NCBI GenBank assembly: GCA_944358385.1
Contig: CALVQW010000008.1
Coordinates: 17,228-81,227, forward strand
Direction: 5' to 3'
DNA from: an uncultured Clostridia bacterium
GTDB taxonomy: Bacteria; Bacillota; Clostridia; Christensenellales; CAG-917
DNA: 64,000 nt
Both the position numbers and the translations under genes were made by a program. Below, one piece after another: positions 34,483-44,003 of this stretch; position 1 is the first letter of the stretch; each line of letters starts with the position of its first letter. The notes below the pieces were generated by a model. It worked only from the letters and a program-made list of their open reading frames with translations. It searched no databases and was not told where the DNA came from.

Positions 34483-34662
34483 AGATTTCCCACTTATGAG
34501 GAAATAATCTCCCCCCTTATGCGGGAAGAGCGCGGTAACTGCCGCGCTCTTCCTTTTCTTGCCGCGGCGGACAACGCCCGCCGGACATTTTTCCTTCTTT
34601 TGTTGCCTGCACGATCGGGGTGGACATGCAGGGCATCGCCCGCCCTTTCCCGCTCTCGCCGC

Positions 34663-36276
34663 TCACTTGACAGAGGCTCTGACATACACCTCGTTGACGG
34701 GGAGTTTGGCGGGAAAGACTGCGTCCAGCAGCTCCTTGCTCACGGCGCACTTCTTTGCAAAGATGAGGTTGACCACGGGAGTCACCACCATGCTCGCCGC
34801 CATGGTCACAACGCCTATGAAGGGAGACTGCCCTATGCCCGCCTTGAACGCCTCGCCGAATGTGGGATCGCCGCCGTCCGCGCGCAGCACGAAGTAGCCA
34901 AGCCCCACTATGAGCGAGAAGGTGAGCAGCAGCGACGTGATGATGGAGGCATACGCTCCCGCTTTGTTCGCCTTCCTGCTGTACAGCCCGTAGACGTACG
35001 GTCCCATAAAGCATCCCGCGATCGCGCCCCAGCTCAGGCTCATCATGCTGACTATGGCGTCCACTTCCACAATGGCAAGCACCGCGGACACCGCGACGAA
35101 CACCAGACACAACACGCGGATCATGATGTTGAGGTCGCTTTCGGGGGCTTTCTTCCTGATGTATCCCTTGTAAAAGTCCACCGTGACAGTGGAGCTTGAG
35201 GACAGCGACAGCGCGGCGAGCGTGGACATGGACGCCGAGAAGAGAAGCACGATGATGAGTCCGAGCAATGCGGAAGGCAGATTCTCCACTATCATGGTGG
35301 GGACGAGCCTGTCGAAGTTGCCGTCCGGCACCTCGCTGACAAAGCGGGTGATCATGCTGCCCATGAAATACGCGCCGCAGCCGACTATGGCGGAGAACAC
35401 CGTGGAGATGACCGCTCCCCTTCTTATCGCCGCCTTGTCCTTTATGGCATAGAACTTGTGTATGGACTGCGGCATCCCCCACATCCCGAAGGAGGTGAGA
35501 CAGATGAGGATGATGATGTTAAAGAGCTGATTGTCCAGGAACGTCCCGCCCTCCGGGGTGGTGGCGTTGGGGATGAGGGTGAGGTCGGGATCGGCAAACA
35601 GCGCGCCCAATCCCTCTCCCCAATTCATCTCCGGGGTGCCGAGGAGCATTAACACCGTGACTATGATGCCCACGATCATGATCATGCCCTGTATGAAATC
35701 CGTGATGGTGGTGGCGAAATAGCCGCCCAGGAAGAGATAGACTGCGGTGAGAGCGGCGAGTATGAGTATGCACCACATCGCGTCTATGCCGAGTGCCGCC
35801 TCGAAGATGTAGCCCATGCCCTGATAGACGGAGGCGGAATAAGGCAGCAGGAAGATGAAGATGGTGAGTGCGGAGACCAGCTTTATATACTTGCTCTCAT
35901 ACCTTTTCTCGAAAAATTCCGGCATCGTGCGCGCGCCGAGCGCGGTGGTCATATTCTTGGTGCGGGAGGCGAGCACCAGCCACGCGGCAAGCGTGCCGAT
36001 GAACATATTGCCCACGCCGATCCACACCGCGGACAGCCCGAAATTCCACCCGAACTTGCCCGCATATCCCACAAAGACGACGGCGGAAAAATAAGTCGCG
36101 CCGTAGGCGAACGCGCTCAGCCACCCTCCCACGCCCTTGTTGGCGAACATAAAGCCTTCCACGCTGGTGCTTTTGCGGCGCGTGATGAGAGCCACGGCGA
36201 GTATGACCGCCATGTAGATGCCGAAGATGAGCCATTGCGGCCAGACCTCTGTCGTTGCAGAGATGAGCGAGAGCAT
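34663..36276 (-). CDS. sodium:solute symporter (SSS) family transporter
   Basis: ORF 34663..36381 trimmed to MLSLISATTEVWPQW behind the SD GGAGGAAGGA. About 13 hydrophobic helices, with FANKGVGGWLSAFAYGATYFSA. Confidence 0.85.
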   Translation of the reverse strand: MLSLISATTEVWPQWLIFGIYMAVILAVALITRRKSTSVEGFMFANKGVGGWLSAFAYGATYFSAVVFVGYAGKFGWNFGLSAVWIGVGNMFIGTLAAWLVLASRTKNMTTALGARTMPEFFEKRYESKYIKLVSALTIFIFLLPYSASVYQGMGYIFEAALGIDAMWCILILAALTAVYLFLGGYFATTITDFIQGMIMIVGIIVTVLMLLGTPEMNWGEGLGALFADPDLTLIPNATTPEGGTFLDNQLFNIIILICLTSFGMWGMPQSIHKFYAIKDKAAIRRGAVISTVFSAIVGCGAYFMGSMITRFVSEVPDGNFDRLVPTMIVENLPSALLGLIIVLLFSASMSTLAALSLSSSSTVTVDFYKGYIRKKAPESDLNIMIRVLCLVFVAVSAVLAIVEVDAIVSMMSLSWGAIAGCFMGPYVYGLYSRKANKAGAYASIITSLLLTFSLIVGLGYFVLRADGGDPTFGEAFKAGIGQSPFIGVVTMAASMVVTPVVNLIFAKKCAVSKELLDAVFPAKLPVNEVYVRASVK

Positions 36277-36437
36277 TCCTTCCTCCCCGCACGTTCGGAC
36301 ATATGTCGAGACGTGCATCCCGTCCGCCGTCCTTTCTGCGCATATGTCCACTCCTTCACGAGTGAAATTGCACATATGCACATTTCAGCAGACGAAAACG
36401 TATGTTTAAATGCGCATTTCTGCGCATCGTCATTTGC

Positions 36438-37226
36438 TCACATGAGCATATCGGGTATGTCGCGCACCGCTTCCAGGACGTAATCGGGCTTCACTCTGCT
36501 CCGCTTCGCGTCCTCTGCGGACGTCTCGCCGGAAAGCACCAGCACCGAAACGAAACCGCAGTTCTTGCCGAAGGCGATGTCCGTATATAGCCTGTCCCCC
36601 ACCATGGCGATCTTGCGCGGCGGGAGATTGTATTTGAGCGCGATCCTCTGCCCCGCCGTCCTGTGCGGTTTGCCCATGACGAGGTCAGGCTCTCTGCCCA
36701 CGGTGAGTCTGATCGCCGAGAGCATCGCGCCCACATCGGGCATGGGACACCCTTCCGCGGGACAGAAGTTGTCGGGATGGGTGGCGATGAAGGGCAGACC
36801 GTCGTGTACGAAACGGCAGAATTTGTACAGCCTGTCATAGGTGAGCGAAGTGTCGAAGCCGATGACAGCAAGGTCGGGGGACTCCTCGACAAGCTCTATG
36901 CCGTACATCTCGAACTCCGCGCGCAAACGGTCGTTGCCGAGCAGAAACACCTTCTTGCCGCGGTAGTTGTCCAAAAGATATTCGCAGGTCACCTGCCCGC
37001 TGGTGTATATCTCGTCGGAATAGACGCGCAGCCCCAAGTTGTTGAGGCGGGCGATGTAGTCGGTGTGCATACGGGAGCTGTTGTTGGTGAAAAAACATAT
37101 GCGCTTGCCCATCTCGCGCAGGCGGTTGACCGCGGCGAAAGAACCCTCGATCTCCCTGTCCCCTATGTAGACAGTGCCGTCGAGGTCGAACAAAAACAAT
37201 TCCACGTCTCTTATGTTCTTTGCCAT
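36438..37226 (-). CDS. HAD-IIA family hydrolase (NagD/AraL-like sugar phosphatase)
   Basis: ORF trimmed to MAKNIRDVELFLFDLDGTVY. It has FFTNNSS and the GDRLYTDI motifs. Confidence 0.85.
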   Translation of the reverse strand: MAKNIRDVELFLFDLDGTVYIGDREIEGSFAAVNRLREMGKRICFFTNNSSRMHTDYIARLNNLGLRVYSDEIYTSGQVTCEYLLDNYRGKKVFLLGNDRLRAEFEMYGIELVEESPDLAVIGFDTSLTYDRLYKFCRFVHDGLPFIATHPDNFCPAEGCPMPDVGAMLSAIRLTVGREPDLVMGKPHRTAGQRIALKYNLPPRKIAMVGDRLYTDIAFGKNCGFVSVLVLSGETSAEDAKRSRVKPDYVLEAVRDIPDMLM

Positions 37227-37251
37227 TCCGTCCTCTGTGAAAGTCAAGCCC

Positions 37252-38400
37252 TCAGGCGACCGCATCCTCCCGTCTCTCTGCCCTGTTCCCTCCCGCGCGC
37301 ATGGCGGCTAGGAAACCCGTTCCCGCGGCAAACCCGAGCAGACCGCCTGTCTTTTCGCCCGCGAGAGCCATGGCGTGCATCACGTCCTCGGAAGTGAACG
37401 CGCTCTTCATCCAGAAACCCGCGTCATCGTACATCCTCCGCCACCGTCTCCCCGCCCCTCCGAGGTCGCAGGAAGCAAGCTCGGCGATGAGATCCATACG
37501 ATATTCTCCGAGAATATAATTTATTCTAAAATAACCGCTCGCGCCGAAAATGTCAAACGCTTGCAGGATGTTCCCTCTTTCCCCGCCCGTCAGCCGCGCG
37601 AATTCGTCCAGAGCGGCGTCGTGATCGGCGGGCAGAAGGGTGTCTATGGCGGGAGAGGAAAGATAGGCTTTGTAAAACGCCGCAAGCGCGCACGCCGCCA
37701 CAAAGACATACTCTCCTCTGCGCCTGGGACGCTTCCCCGCAGATAGCGCGAGCAGACGCAGCACCTCCGCGGTGACGTCGGGAGCGTACGTCCTTCCGTC
37801 CGCGCCCGACCGCAGTACGTTGACGGCAAGTTCCGTGGCAGAAGAGCCGCAGTCAAGAAGAGTCGTCTCCCTTCTCTCGCCTTCCGGCGCAAACACCTTC
37901 TCGGCGCACACGTCCTCGAATCTCTTGACGGGCAGTGCGAAAAGAAGTCCCGCCGCCGCAGCCTTCGCATCCTTGGGCGCACGGGAAAGCACGTTCTCGT
38001 CCAGACACACCGCTTTCACGCCCCCTTCCGCGAGCAGCCCGTCCTCGCAGGGTACGGAGGGGAAAAGTACGCACTCCGCCCTGCGGCTCCGCGCCGCAGC
38101 CACCGCGGCAGCCGCCGCTTCCGCTCCGCCCGCGCCCACCACCGCAAGGCAGTTCTCCTCCGCGTCGCAAACCTCCGCCGCCCCCTTCACGGTCATGCGC
38201 AGCCCCGCACGCTTCCCCTCCTCGCCGAGGGTGCGCGCAAGGTCGATGCCGTCTCCGTCCGCAACGAGCAGCACCCTGCCTCCGCCCGTAAGTTCGTCAA
38301 CAAAGCGGGGGAACGCCCCGCACAATCCTTTGCCCGTGAATATCTGCGCTCCGCCCGTCTCGAAGGCGGCTTTGGGAAAACACTCGATCTCGCGCCGCAT
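37252..38400 (-). CDS. hypothetical protein with a degenerate DHQS/glycerol-1-phosphate-dehydrogenase-like pattern
   Basis: ORF trimmed to MRREIECF behind the SD GGAGGT. VLLVADGDG...LAVVGAGGAEAAAAAV...FPSVPCEDG follows the spacing of the G1PDH/AraM nucleotide and metal motifs, but the usual residues are replaced. Confidence 0.4.
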   Translation of the reverse strand: MRREIECFPKAAFETGGAQIFTGKGLCGAFPRFVDELTGGGRVLLVADGDGIDLARTLGEEGKRAGLRMTVKGAAEVCDAEENCLAVVGAGGAEAAAAAVAAARSRRAECVLFPSVPCEDGLLAEGGVKAVCLDENVLSRAPKDAKAAAAGLLFALPVKRFEDVCAEKVFAPEGERRETTLLDCGSSATELAVNVLRSGADGRTYAPDVTAEVLRLLALSAGKRPRRRGEYVFVAACALAAFYKAYLSSPAIDTLLPADHDAALDEFARLTGGERGNILQAFDIFGASGYFRINYILGEYRMDLIAELASCDLGGAGRRWRRMYDDAGFWMKSAFTSEDVMHAMALAGEKTGGLLGFAAGTGFLAAMRAGGNRAERREDAVA

Positions 38401-38540
38401 ACGCACCTCCGCGACCATCCTAACGCTTCTCCCCGCGCGGAAAACGACGTATGAGCGCGAAAAGAGGGAGAGAAGCGGAAAACATGACAAAACGCGCCCG
38501 CGTTGTCATCCTCCACTGTTGAAAGATCGCGGCAGGGCGG

Positions 38541-38582
38541 GAAAAATGACAAAACGCGCCCGCGTAATCGACGCAGGGCGCG
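38541..38582 (-). terminator. rho-independent terminator after rsmI
   Basis: Minus strand: CGCGCCC...GGGCGCG interrupted stem (plus strand 38555-38582), followed by TTTTGTCATTTTT. Confidence 0.65.
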
Positions 38583-38663
38583 CTTCTTCTTTGCCCGTAA
38601 ATGCCGTGTCTTTCGCTCTGTCCGCCCGCATACTCCCGAACGGAGCGAGCCGCGACGGACGGA

Positions 38664-39461
38664 TCACAATGTCAGCCTGTATATCTCGTTGCGGGGGACG
38701 CCGCGTTCCGCCGCGACGCGCTTGACCGCCTCTTTCTTGTCCATACCCTCCGCAAGATAGCGGGCGAGATGCTCCTCCGGCGAGAGCGCGGCGTACTCGC
38801 TCTCCTCCTCCGCCCCCTCGATGACGAGGACTATCTCCCCCCTCTCCTCACACTCGAAGGAGAGCAGGGTGCTGCGCGTGACGCACTCGTGGAGTTTGGT
38901 CATCTCCCGCACGGCATACACCGTCCTGTCGCCGAGCAGTTCTCCGAGTTCGGCGGCGAGCTTTTTCACATCGTGGGGCGCGGCGTACACCACGATGGGA
39001 AGGCAGGCGGCTTTGGCTCTCTCCACCGCACGCCTCCTCTCCCCCGCCTTCTCGGGCAAAAAACCCAAAAAGACGAATCCCCTCCCCTTCACTCCGGAGA
39101 GGGCGACCGCAGTGGTGACCGCGCTGGGACCGGGGACGCTTTCGACCGCGATCCCCTCCCTCCGACAAAGTGCGACCACTTCCGCACCTGGATCGGAAAC
39201 AGAGGGCATCCCCGCATCCGTGATGAGAGCGACGTTTTTGCCCTCATGCACCATATCCGCTATTTTACGCGCACATTCCGTCTCATTAAACTTGTGATAT
39301 GCGACAGTCCGCCCCTTTGCGCCGATGTGTTCCAGCAGAGGACGGGAGTGGCGCGTATCCTCGCACGCGATGACGTCCGCCATGCGCAGAGTCTCTGCCG
39401 CGCGCGGCGATATGTCTCCCAGATTGCCTATCGGCGTACCAACAACGAACAATTTTGCCAT
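38664..39461 (-). CDS. rsmI: 16S rRNA (cytidine1402-2'-O)-methyltransferase
   Basis: ORF trimmed to [21 protein letters not shown]. It has CEDTRHS. TGATG overlap at 39461. Confidence 0.9.
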   Translation of the reverse strand: MAKLFVVGTPIGNLGDISPRAAETLRMADVIACEDTRHSRPLLEHIGAKGRTVAYHKFNETECARKIADMVHEGKNVALITDAGMPSVSDPGAEVVALCRREGIAVESVPGPSAVTTAVALSGVKGRGFVFLGFLPEKAGERRRAVERAKAACLPIVVYAAPHDVKKLAAELGELLGDRTVYAVREMTKLHECVTRSTLLSFECEERGEIVLVIEGAEEESEYAALSPEEHLARYLAEGMDKKEAVKRVAAERGVPRNEIYRLTL

Positions 39462-40165
39462 CAGCCGTAAAGCTCCTTCATCCTCTCGCTCTGCTCTCCG
39501 TCCGCGTCCAGGACATACAGCGCGTCGGTGATCACACCCGGTTTCCCTCCCTTGCGCGCCGTCATCACGAACACCGAAGCCTTCGCAGCCGGACGGGGAA
39601 AGACGAGAGTGAGTTTTTTGGGTTCCAGCGCGTGCGCCCTCGCCGTCGTCATGGCGTCGCACAGCCTCTCCGCCCTCATCACGAGGGTGAAGTCTCCGCC
39701 GAACCTCAGACACGCGGACGCCGCCGCAACGAAATCCGCAAGCGTCGCCCCGCCCTCGCGCTTTGCGGAGGCGTTCCTGCCCCCGTCCGTGCCGTCGGGA
39801 AAATCGAAATAGGGCGGATTGCACACGACTTTGTCAAAGCTCTCCCGCCCCACTTCCTTCTCTATGCCCCGCACATCGCGGCACAACACTTTCATCCTCT
39901 TTTCAAGCCCGCACCTCTCTGCATTGCGCACGGCAAGCGAGACGGCGCGAGGATCGACATCCACGCCCACCGCCTCCTTCACTCCCTTTTTGAGGAGCGC
40001 GAGGACGGACATCACGCCCGTGCCGCAGCCGAGGTCGAGCAGCCTGTCACGGCTGCCCGCCGGGAGCAGATTGGCGCATATCACCGAATCCTGCGTGAAG
40101 AGATAGCCCTCCGTGTCCTGCAACACGGAGAACCCTCGCCCCAGGTCCACGACGTATTCCGTCAT
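39461..40165 (-). CDS. SAM-dependent methyltransferase, tRNA (adenine-N6)-methyltransferase-like
   Basis: [14 protein letters not shown] motif and the NPPY catalytic motif. Confidence 0.75.
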   Translation of the reverse strand: MTEYVVDLGRGFSVLQDTEGYLFTQDSVICANLLPAGSRDRLLDLGCGTGVMSVLALLKKGVKEAVGVDVDPRAVSLAVRNAERCGLEKRMKVLCRDVRGIEKEVGRESFDKVVCNPPYFDFPDGTDGGRNASAKREGGATLADFVAAASACLRFGGDFTLVMRAERLCDAMTTARAHALEPKKLTLVFPRPAAKASVFVMTARKGGKPGVITDALYVLDADGEQSERMKELYG

Positions 40166-40608
40166 GCGCGTTCGACGCGGATCTTGACGCGCGTGCTTAT
40201 CTCCGGATACACCCTCACCGTCACCTCGAAGTCGCCGAAATCACGGATGCTCTCCTTGATGTCGATCTTCTTCTTGTCGATGTCATATCCGAGTGCGGCA
40301 AGAGCCTCCGAGATGTTCTCGCCCGTGACGGAGCCGAACATCTTGCCCCCGTTGTCCCCGCCTCTCATCTTTACGACGACGGTGACGGAACGCAATTTCT
40401 CCACCGTTTCGAGGGCGGCGGCACGTTCCGCCGCGTCCTTGGCTTCCTTGGCTTTTCTGCGCTGTTCGGCAACATAGAGGTTCTGCGTGGTCCCCTCTGT
40501 GGCAAGCCCTTTTTTCAAGAGGAAATTGCGGGCGTAGCCGTCGTTGACTTCGACGATCTCGCCCTTTTTGCCCGTGCCTTTGACATCCTGATTGAGTATG
40601 ACTTTCAT
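40162..40608 (-). CDS. rplI: 50S ribosomal protein L9
   Basis: [30 protein letters not shown]. Confidence 0.95.
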   Translation of the reverse strand: MKVILNQDVKGTGKKGEIVEVNDGYARNFLLKKGLATEGTTQNLYVAEQRRKAKEAKDAAERAAALETVEKLRSVTVVVKMRGGDNGGKMFGSVTGENISEALAALGYDIDKKKIDIKESIRDFGDFEVTVRVYPEISTRVKIRVERA

Positions 40609-40625
40609 AACCGTCTCCTTTTTTT

Positions 40626-40654
40626 GATTATATCACACTCCGCGCCCCATTACA
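40626..40654 (-). promoter_or_regulatory. sigma-A type promoter for rplI operon (TTGTAA-17-TGaTATAAT)
   Basis: Minus strand: TTGTAA (40654..40649), a 17-nt spacer ending in TGa, then TATAAT (40631..40626). Confidence 0.6.
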
Positions 40655-40816
40655 AGCCGCAGTCTCGGACGGACGCACTTTGTGCGGCGGAAATAAGAGC
40701 CACCCTTCCCGCCCGCGCCGCCCCTTCCCGTCCGCGCGGCGTCGTGCGCCCCGCAGAGCGTGCAAAGCGGAATAAAAATAAGAAGAATGGGAGAAACTAT
40801 CCGCGGAGGCAAAAAA

Positions 40817-41131
40817 ATGAAAGAGATCATCTGCGAAACTTCCAACTGCGAACATAACCTCAAATGCCGCTGTCTTGCCGGCATAGTCTCGGTGGGGGAC
40901 AATGCGAAGTGCCTCAGCCGCATCAAACGCGAAGGCGGCGCGCTGGCGCAATCCTTTGCGGACGTGGAGGCGGGAGAGGAATTCCGCGGGGCGGAACAGG
41001 ACAGCATAGTGCAATGCTCGGCGGAGTGCGCCCTCAACACGGGAGGCATCTGCTCCGCCGACAAGATCACCGTCAAAGATAAGCTTTTCGCCGCGCGGTG
41101 CAAATCGCGCATATCCTCCTCCGAGAAGTAA
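40817..41131 (+). CDS. DUF1540 domain protein
   Basis: ORF trimmed to MKEIICETSNCEHNLKCRCLAG behind the SD GGAGG. A second Cys-rich repeat follows (VQCSAECALNTGGICSA). Confidence 0.75.
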   Translation: MKEIICETSNCEHNLKCRCLAGIVSVGDNAKCLSRIKREGGALAQSFADVEAGEEFRGAEQDSIVQCSAECALNTGGICSADKITVKDKLFAARCKSRISSSEK

Positions 41132-41148
41132 AAACGGGGGTTAAAATG

Positions 41149-41177
41149 TAAAAACGCCGCTTTAAACGGCGTTTTTT
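41149..41177. terminator. bidirectional rho-independent terminator between convergent genes
   Basis: AAACGCCG ctttaaa CGGCGTTT with an A-run upstream and a T-run downstream. Confidence 0.8.
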
Positions 41178-41195
41178 GTCATATCGTGCGTTTTC

Positions 41196-42656
41196 TCATT
41201 TTCCCGCCGCCACGGCAGTCCCCTGCCCCGCAATGCGGACGTAGGCGGGCGTGAAGGCGTCATATCTCCGCGCCAGAGCGGGGACGCCCGTGCGGGAGAA
41301 GGTGCGGTTGTAGGCGTCCGCCTCTCCCCTGAACTCGGGGCGGGAGGAGACGATCTCCGCTATTCCCGCAGTGACCAGCACCAGCGTCATGGTCGGGAAT
41401 GGGACGAATGTGCCGGTGTCCATCATGGAGTAGCCTTCAAAGCCCAGCCACGCCACGAGGGTGAAAAGGTTGAAGGGGTTGCGGAGACGGCGTATCGTGC
41501 GGAAGCGCGCGATGTAATAGAACGCGTATGCCGCAAGCCCCACCACGCCCATATTGGCAAGCACCTGAAAGAGGGTGGAATGGAACCAATAGAACTGCAT
41601 GGTGTTGATGGCGAAATTGTCGCCGTAGTAGCCCAAGCCCACTCCGAGAAAGGGACGGGAGAGGAAGAGCTGCCACGCCTCGGCGTAGAGGATGTCGCGG
41701 CTGGACGGTCCGAAACCCTGGTCGAAAAGGCTGTCCACGGCGGCTTTAAGCTCGTCATAACAGACCGCGACGCACAGGACGATGACCGCCGCGATGACCG
41801 CGTAGCATATCCCCATCCGCTTTTTGTCCAACGCTTTCACCATCGCCAACACCAGACACACGGGCGCGGTGACCGCCGCCATGAGTATGCCGCCGCGGGA
41901 ATAGGTGAGCACTATGCCCACATACTGCGCCAAGCCGCAAAGGACGTATATCCCTCCCGTGCGGTATCTCACCGCGAGATAGAAGCACATGGGTGCGGAG
42001 AGGCTCAATATGGTGGCGGCATTGTTCTCTATGCCCCAGCCGAAGTCCCTTGCGACAGTCCCCCACTGCGCGGGCGGGAGATCGGCGCGGATGTACCATA
42101 CGGCGATCTCGGCAAGCACTGCGAACCCCAGCCACATCAGCATCTTGGAAAAGTAAAGCCCCACGTCCCGTCTGTCGTCCCTGCCCGCGTAGCAGTAGAC
42201 GAGAAGGTAGACCGCAAGCACGCCCACGCCGAGGAAAAGGGTGTTGGGCAGGGCTTTGAGATAGTCCGCCGCACTCACCGTCCCCGCACCGCCGAGCAGA
42301 AGGGCGAGGGACACCGCGATCTGCGGCACGGTCATGCTCCCGGGACGGCGGGCGCGGGAGGTGTTGCGCACCAAAAAGATCACCACCGCGATCCCCAGCG
42401 GGATGAAGGTGGGCCACATGAAAAGGAAATCCTCCACCTTGTCGGTGAAGATCATGCACATGGCATAAAAGAGAGGCGCGGTGAGAGGAAGGATGTCATC
42501 GAGAGTGACCAGCGCGAAACATGTGAGCACGATGAGCGCGACAAAGCCGAACTCCGCGCTCTCCGTCGTCCAGGCAATGAACACGATGGCGGCGAACGCC
42601 GCGAGGTAGAAGTCCGTATACGCGAATTTTCGGAATTTTCCGAGGATATCTTTCAT
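41196..42656 (-). CDS. O-antigen ligase/polymerase (Wzy_C)-like membrane protein
   Basis: ORF trimmed to MKDILGKF behind GGAGAA. Polytopic protein with TYSRGGILMAA and RPFLGVGLGYYG...FHSTLFQVLANMGVVG. Confidence 0.75.
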   Translation of the reverse strand: MKDILGKFRKFAYTDFYLAAFAAIVFIAWTTESAEFGFVALIVLTCFALVTLDDILPLTAPLFYAMCMIFTDKVEDFLFMWPTFIPLGIAVVIFLVRNTSRARRPGSMTVPQIAVSLALLLGGAGTVSAADYLKALPNTLFLGVGVLAVYLLVYCYAGRDDRRDVGLYFSKMLMWLGFAVLAEIAVWYIRADLPPAQWGTVARDFGWGIENNAATILSLSAPMCFYLAVRYRTGGIYVLCGLAQYVGIVLTYSRGGILMAAVTAPVCLVLAMVKALDKKRMGICYAVIAAVIVLCVAVCYDELKAAVDSLFDQGFGPSSRDILYAEAWQLFLSRPFLGVGLGYYGDNFAINTMQFYWFHSTLFQVLANMGVVGLAAYAFYYIARFRTIRRLRNPFNLFTLVAWLGFEGYSMMDTGTFVPFPTMTLVLVTAGIAEIVSSRPEFRGEADAYNRTFSRTGVPALARRYDAFTPAYVRIAGQGTAVAAGK

Positions 42657-42815
42657 TCTGTTCTCCGCTGCCACCTCCCTTTACGGCATTAACGTGATTA
42701 TATCACCTTTGTTTCGGCGATGCAAGGAGAGCGACGTCAAAGCCCGCACGCAAGCATTTCCTTCTCTCTCCGTCCGACGATTGACAAAACCCGCCGTCCG
42801 CGCTAACATTTCGTC

Positions 42816-43340
42816 ATGGACACCGTTTCCGTCACCCCCGCAGCCAACGCTTCCTCCGCCGGGATAACGGGCTTCCTCCCCTTTTTCGCGGAAGGATGCG
42901 ACACTCTTATTCTTGGCAGTTTCCCCAGCGTCAAATCACGGGAGACCGCTTTTTATTACGGACACCCGCGCAACCGTTTCTGGGCGACGCTGGCGGAATA
43001 CTACTCCTCTCCCCTGCCCGTCACCGTGGAGGAGAAGAAGGCGTTGCTGGCAGCACACGGCATCGCCCTGTGGGACGTGGTGACGGAGTGCGAGATCAAA
43101 GGCTCTGCGGACGCGAGCATACGCGACTACACGGTGGCGGACGTCCCGGCATTTATTGCGGCGCACGGCATCTCGCGCGTGTTCGTCAACGGCAAACGCG
43201 CCCTCTCCATACTCCTCGCCGCCCACCCCGACCTCGCGCCCGTGATAAAACTCCTGCCCTCCACCAGCCCCGCGAATCCGCGCTTTGACAAGAAGGAATG
43301 GTTCGACGCGCTGGACACCTTCCGTCCTCTGCCGCTCTGA
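42816..43340 (+). CDS. uracil-DNA glycosylase superfamily protein, hypoxanthine-DNA glycosylase-like
   Basis: LILGSFPSVKSRETAFYYGHPRNRFW and LPSTSPAN. Confidence 0.75.
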   Translation: MDTVSVTPAANASSAGITGFLPFFAEGCDTLILGSFPSVKSRETAFYYGHPRNRFWATLAEYYSSPLPVTVEEKKALLAAHGIALWDVVTECEIKGSADASIRDYTVADVPAFIAAHGISRVFVNGKRALSILLAAHPDLAPVIKLLPSTSPANPRFDKKEWFDALDTFRPLPL

Positions 43341-43381
43341 AAGAGCGCACCCTGCTTTGCGGGACATCCTAATAATATGAC

Positions 43382-43409
43382 AAAAACCGCGGTTTAAACC
43401 GCGGTTTTC
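43382..43409. terminator. bidirectional rho-independent terminator
   Basis: AAAACCGCGGT ttaa ACCGCGGTTTT. Confidence 0.8.
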
Positions 43410-43433
43410 TCATTTCAACTCATTATTCTGCGA

Positions 43434-44003
43434 TCATGACGCATCTCCGCCTCCCGCATCGCGCCTTTCGCGCACATACGCTTCCGCCTGCGGCAGTCTC
43501 TGCATCGCTATGCCCACGGCAAGGGACGTCCCTGCCGACGCCGCCGCGAACAGACCTAACACCATCCCCGCCGTGTCGAAACGCGCGAATGCGCCCAGCA
43601 CCTTTCCGAGGGCGGGATAATGCTTCACCGCGCGTCCCAGCAATGCGGCAAAGGGGACGGAAAGCAGCCGTTCGCCCGCTTGGACTATCAGCCTTTCCTC
43701 CGTCCGTCTCAGCATCCTGCCCGTGCCTATGCCGCGCGCGAGACGGAACACGGCGAAATCGTTTTCGTCCAATTCCTCCGCCCCGCATCTTTCAAAGAGG
43801 ACGAGCGTGCCGCCGGGAAGTTCGCTCTCCCCGTCCGAGGAAAAGAGAAAACAGCCTTTGCCGAACACGACGGGATAGCCCGCGTCCAGCGTGGACGCGA
43901 GAATGACGGCGAAACACGCCACGATGGCGACAACGCATGCGACGGCGACGACGGCAAACAATGTCTGCCGCCTGCGCTCCGCTCTTCCTCCCGCTTCGGA
44001 CAT
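43434..44003 (-). CDS. bitopic membrane protein in the SipW position; possible degenerate signal-peptidase-like protein
   Basis: ORF trimmed to MSEAGGRAERRRQTLFAVV (TGATG overlap at 44003). It has N- and C-terminal TM helices and is 189 aa, comparable to SipW. It contains only one His and no SGSMxP-type box. Confidence 0.35.
   Translation of the reverse strand: MSEAGGRAERRRQTLFAVVAVACVVAIVACFAVILASTLDAGYPVVFGKGCFLFSSDGESELPGGTLVLFERCGAEELDENDFAVFRLARGIGTGRMLRRTEERLIVQAGERLLSVPFAALLGRAVKHYPALGKVLGAFARFDTAGMVLGLFAAASAGTSLAVGIAMQRLPQAEAYVRERRDAGGGDAS

Noticed and set aside
38664-39824. 386-aa ORF extending rsmI upstream
   Set aside because: The extension overlaps the methyltransferase gene in another frame. 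The RsmI family N-terminus ([13 protein letters not shown]) starts at 39461.
40628-41112. Minus-strand ORFs of 128 and 159 aa overlapping the DUF1540 gene
   Set aside because: No SD and low-complexity R/A-rich products. The plus-strand DUF1540 ORF has an SD, duplicated Cys motifs and a terminator.
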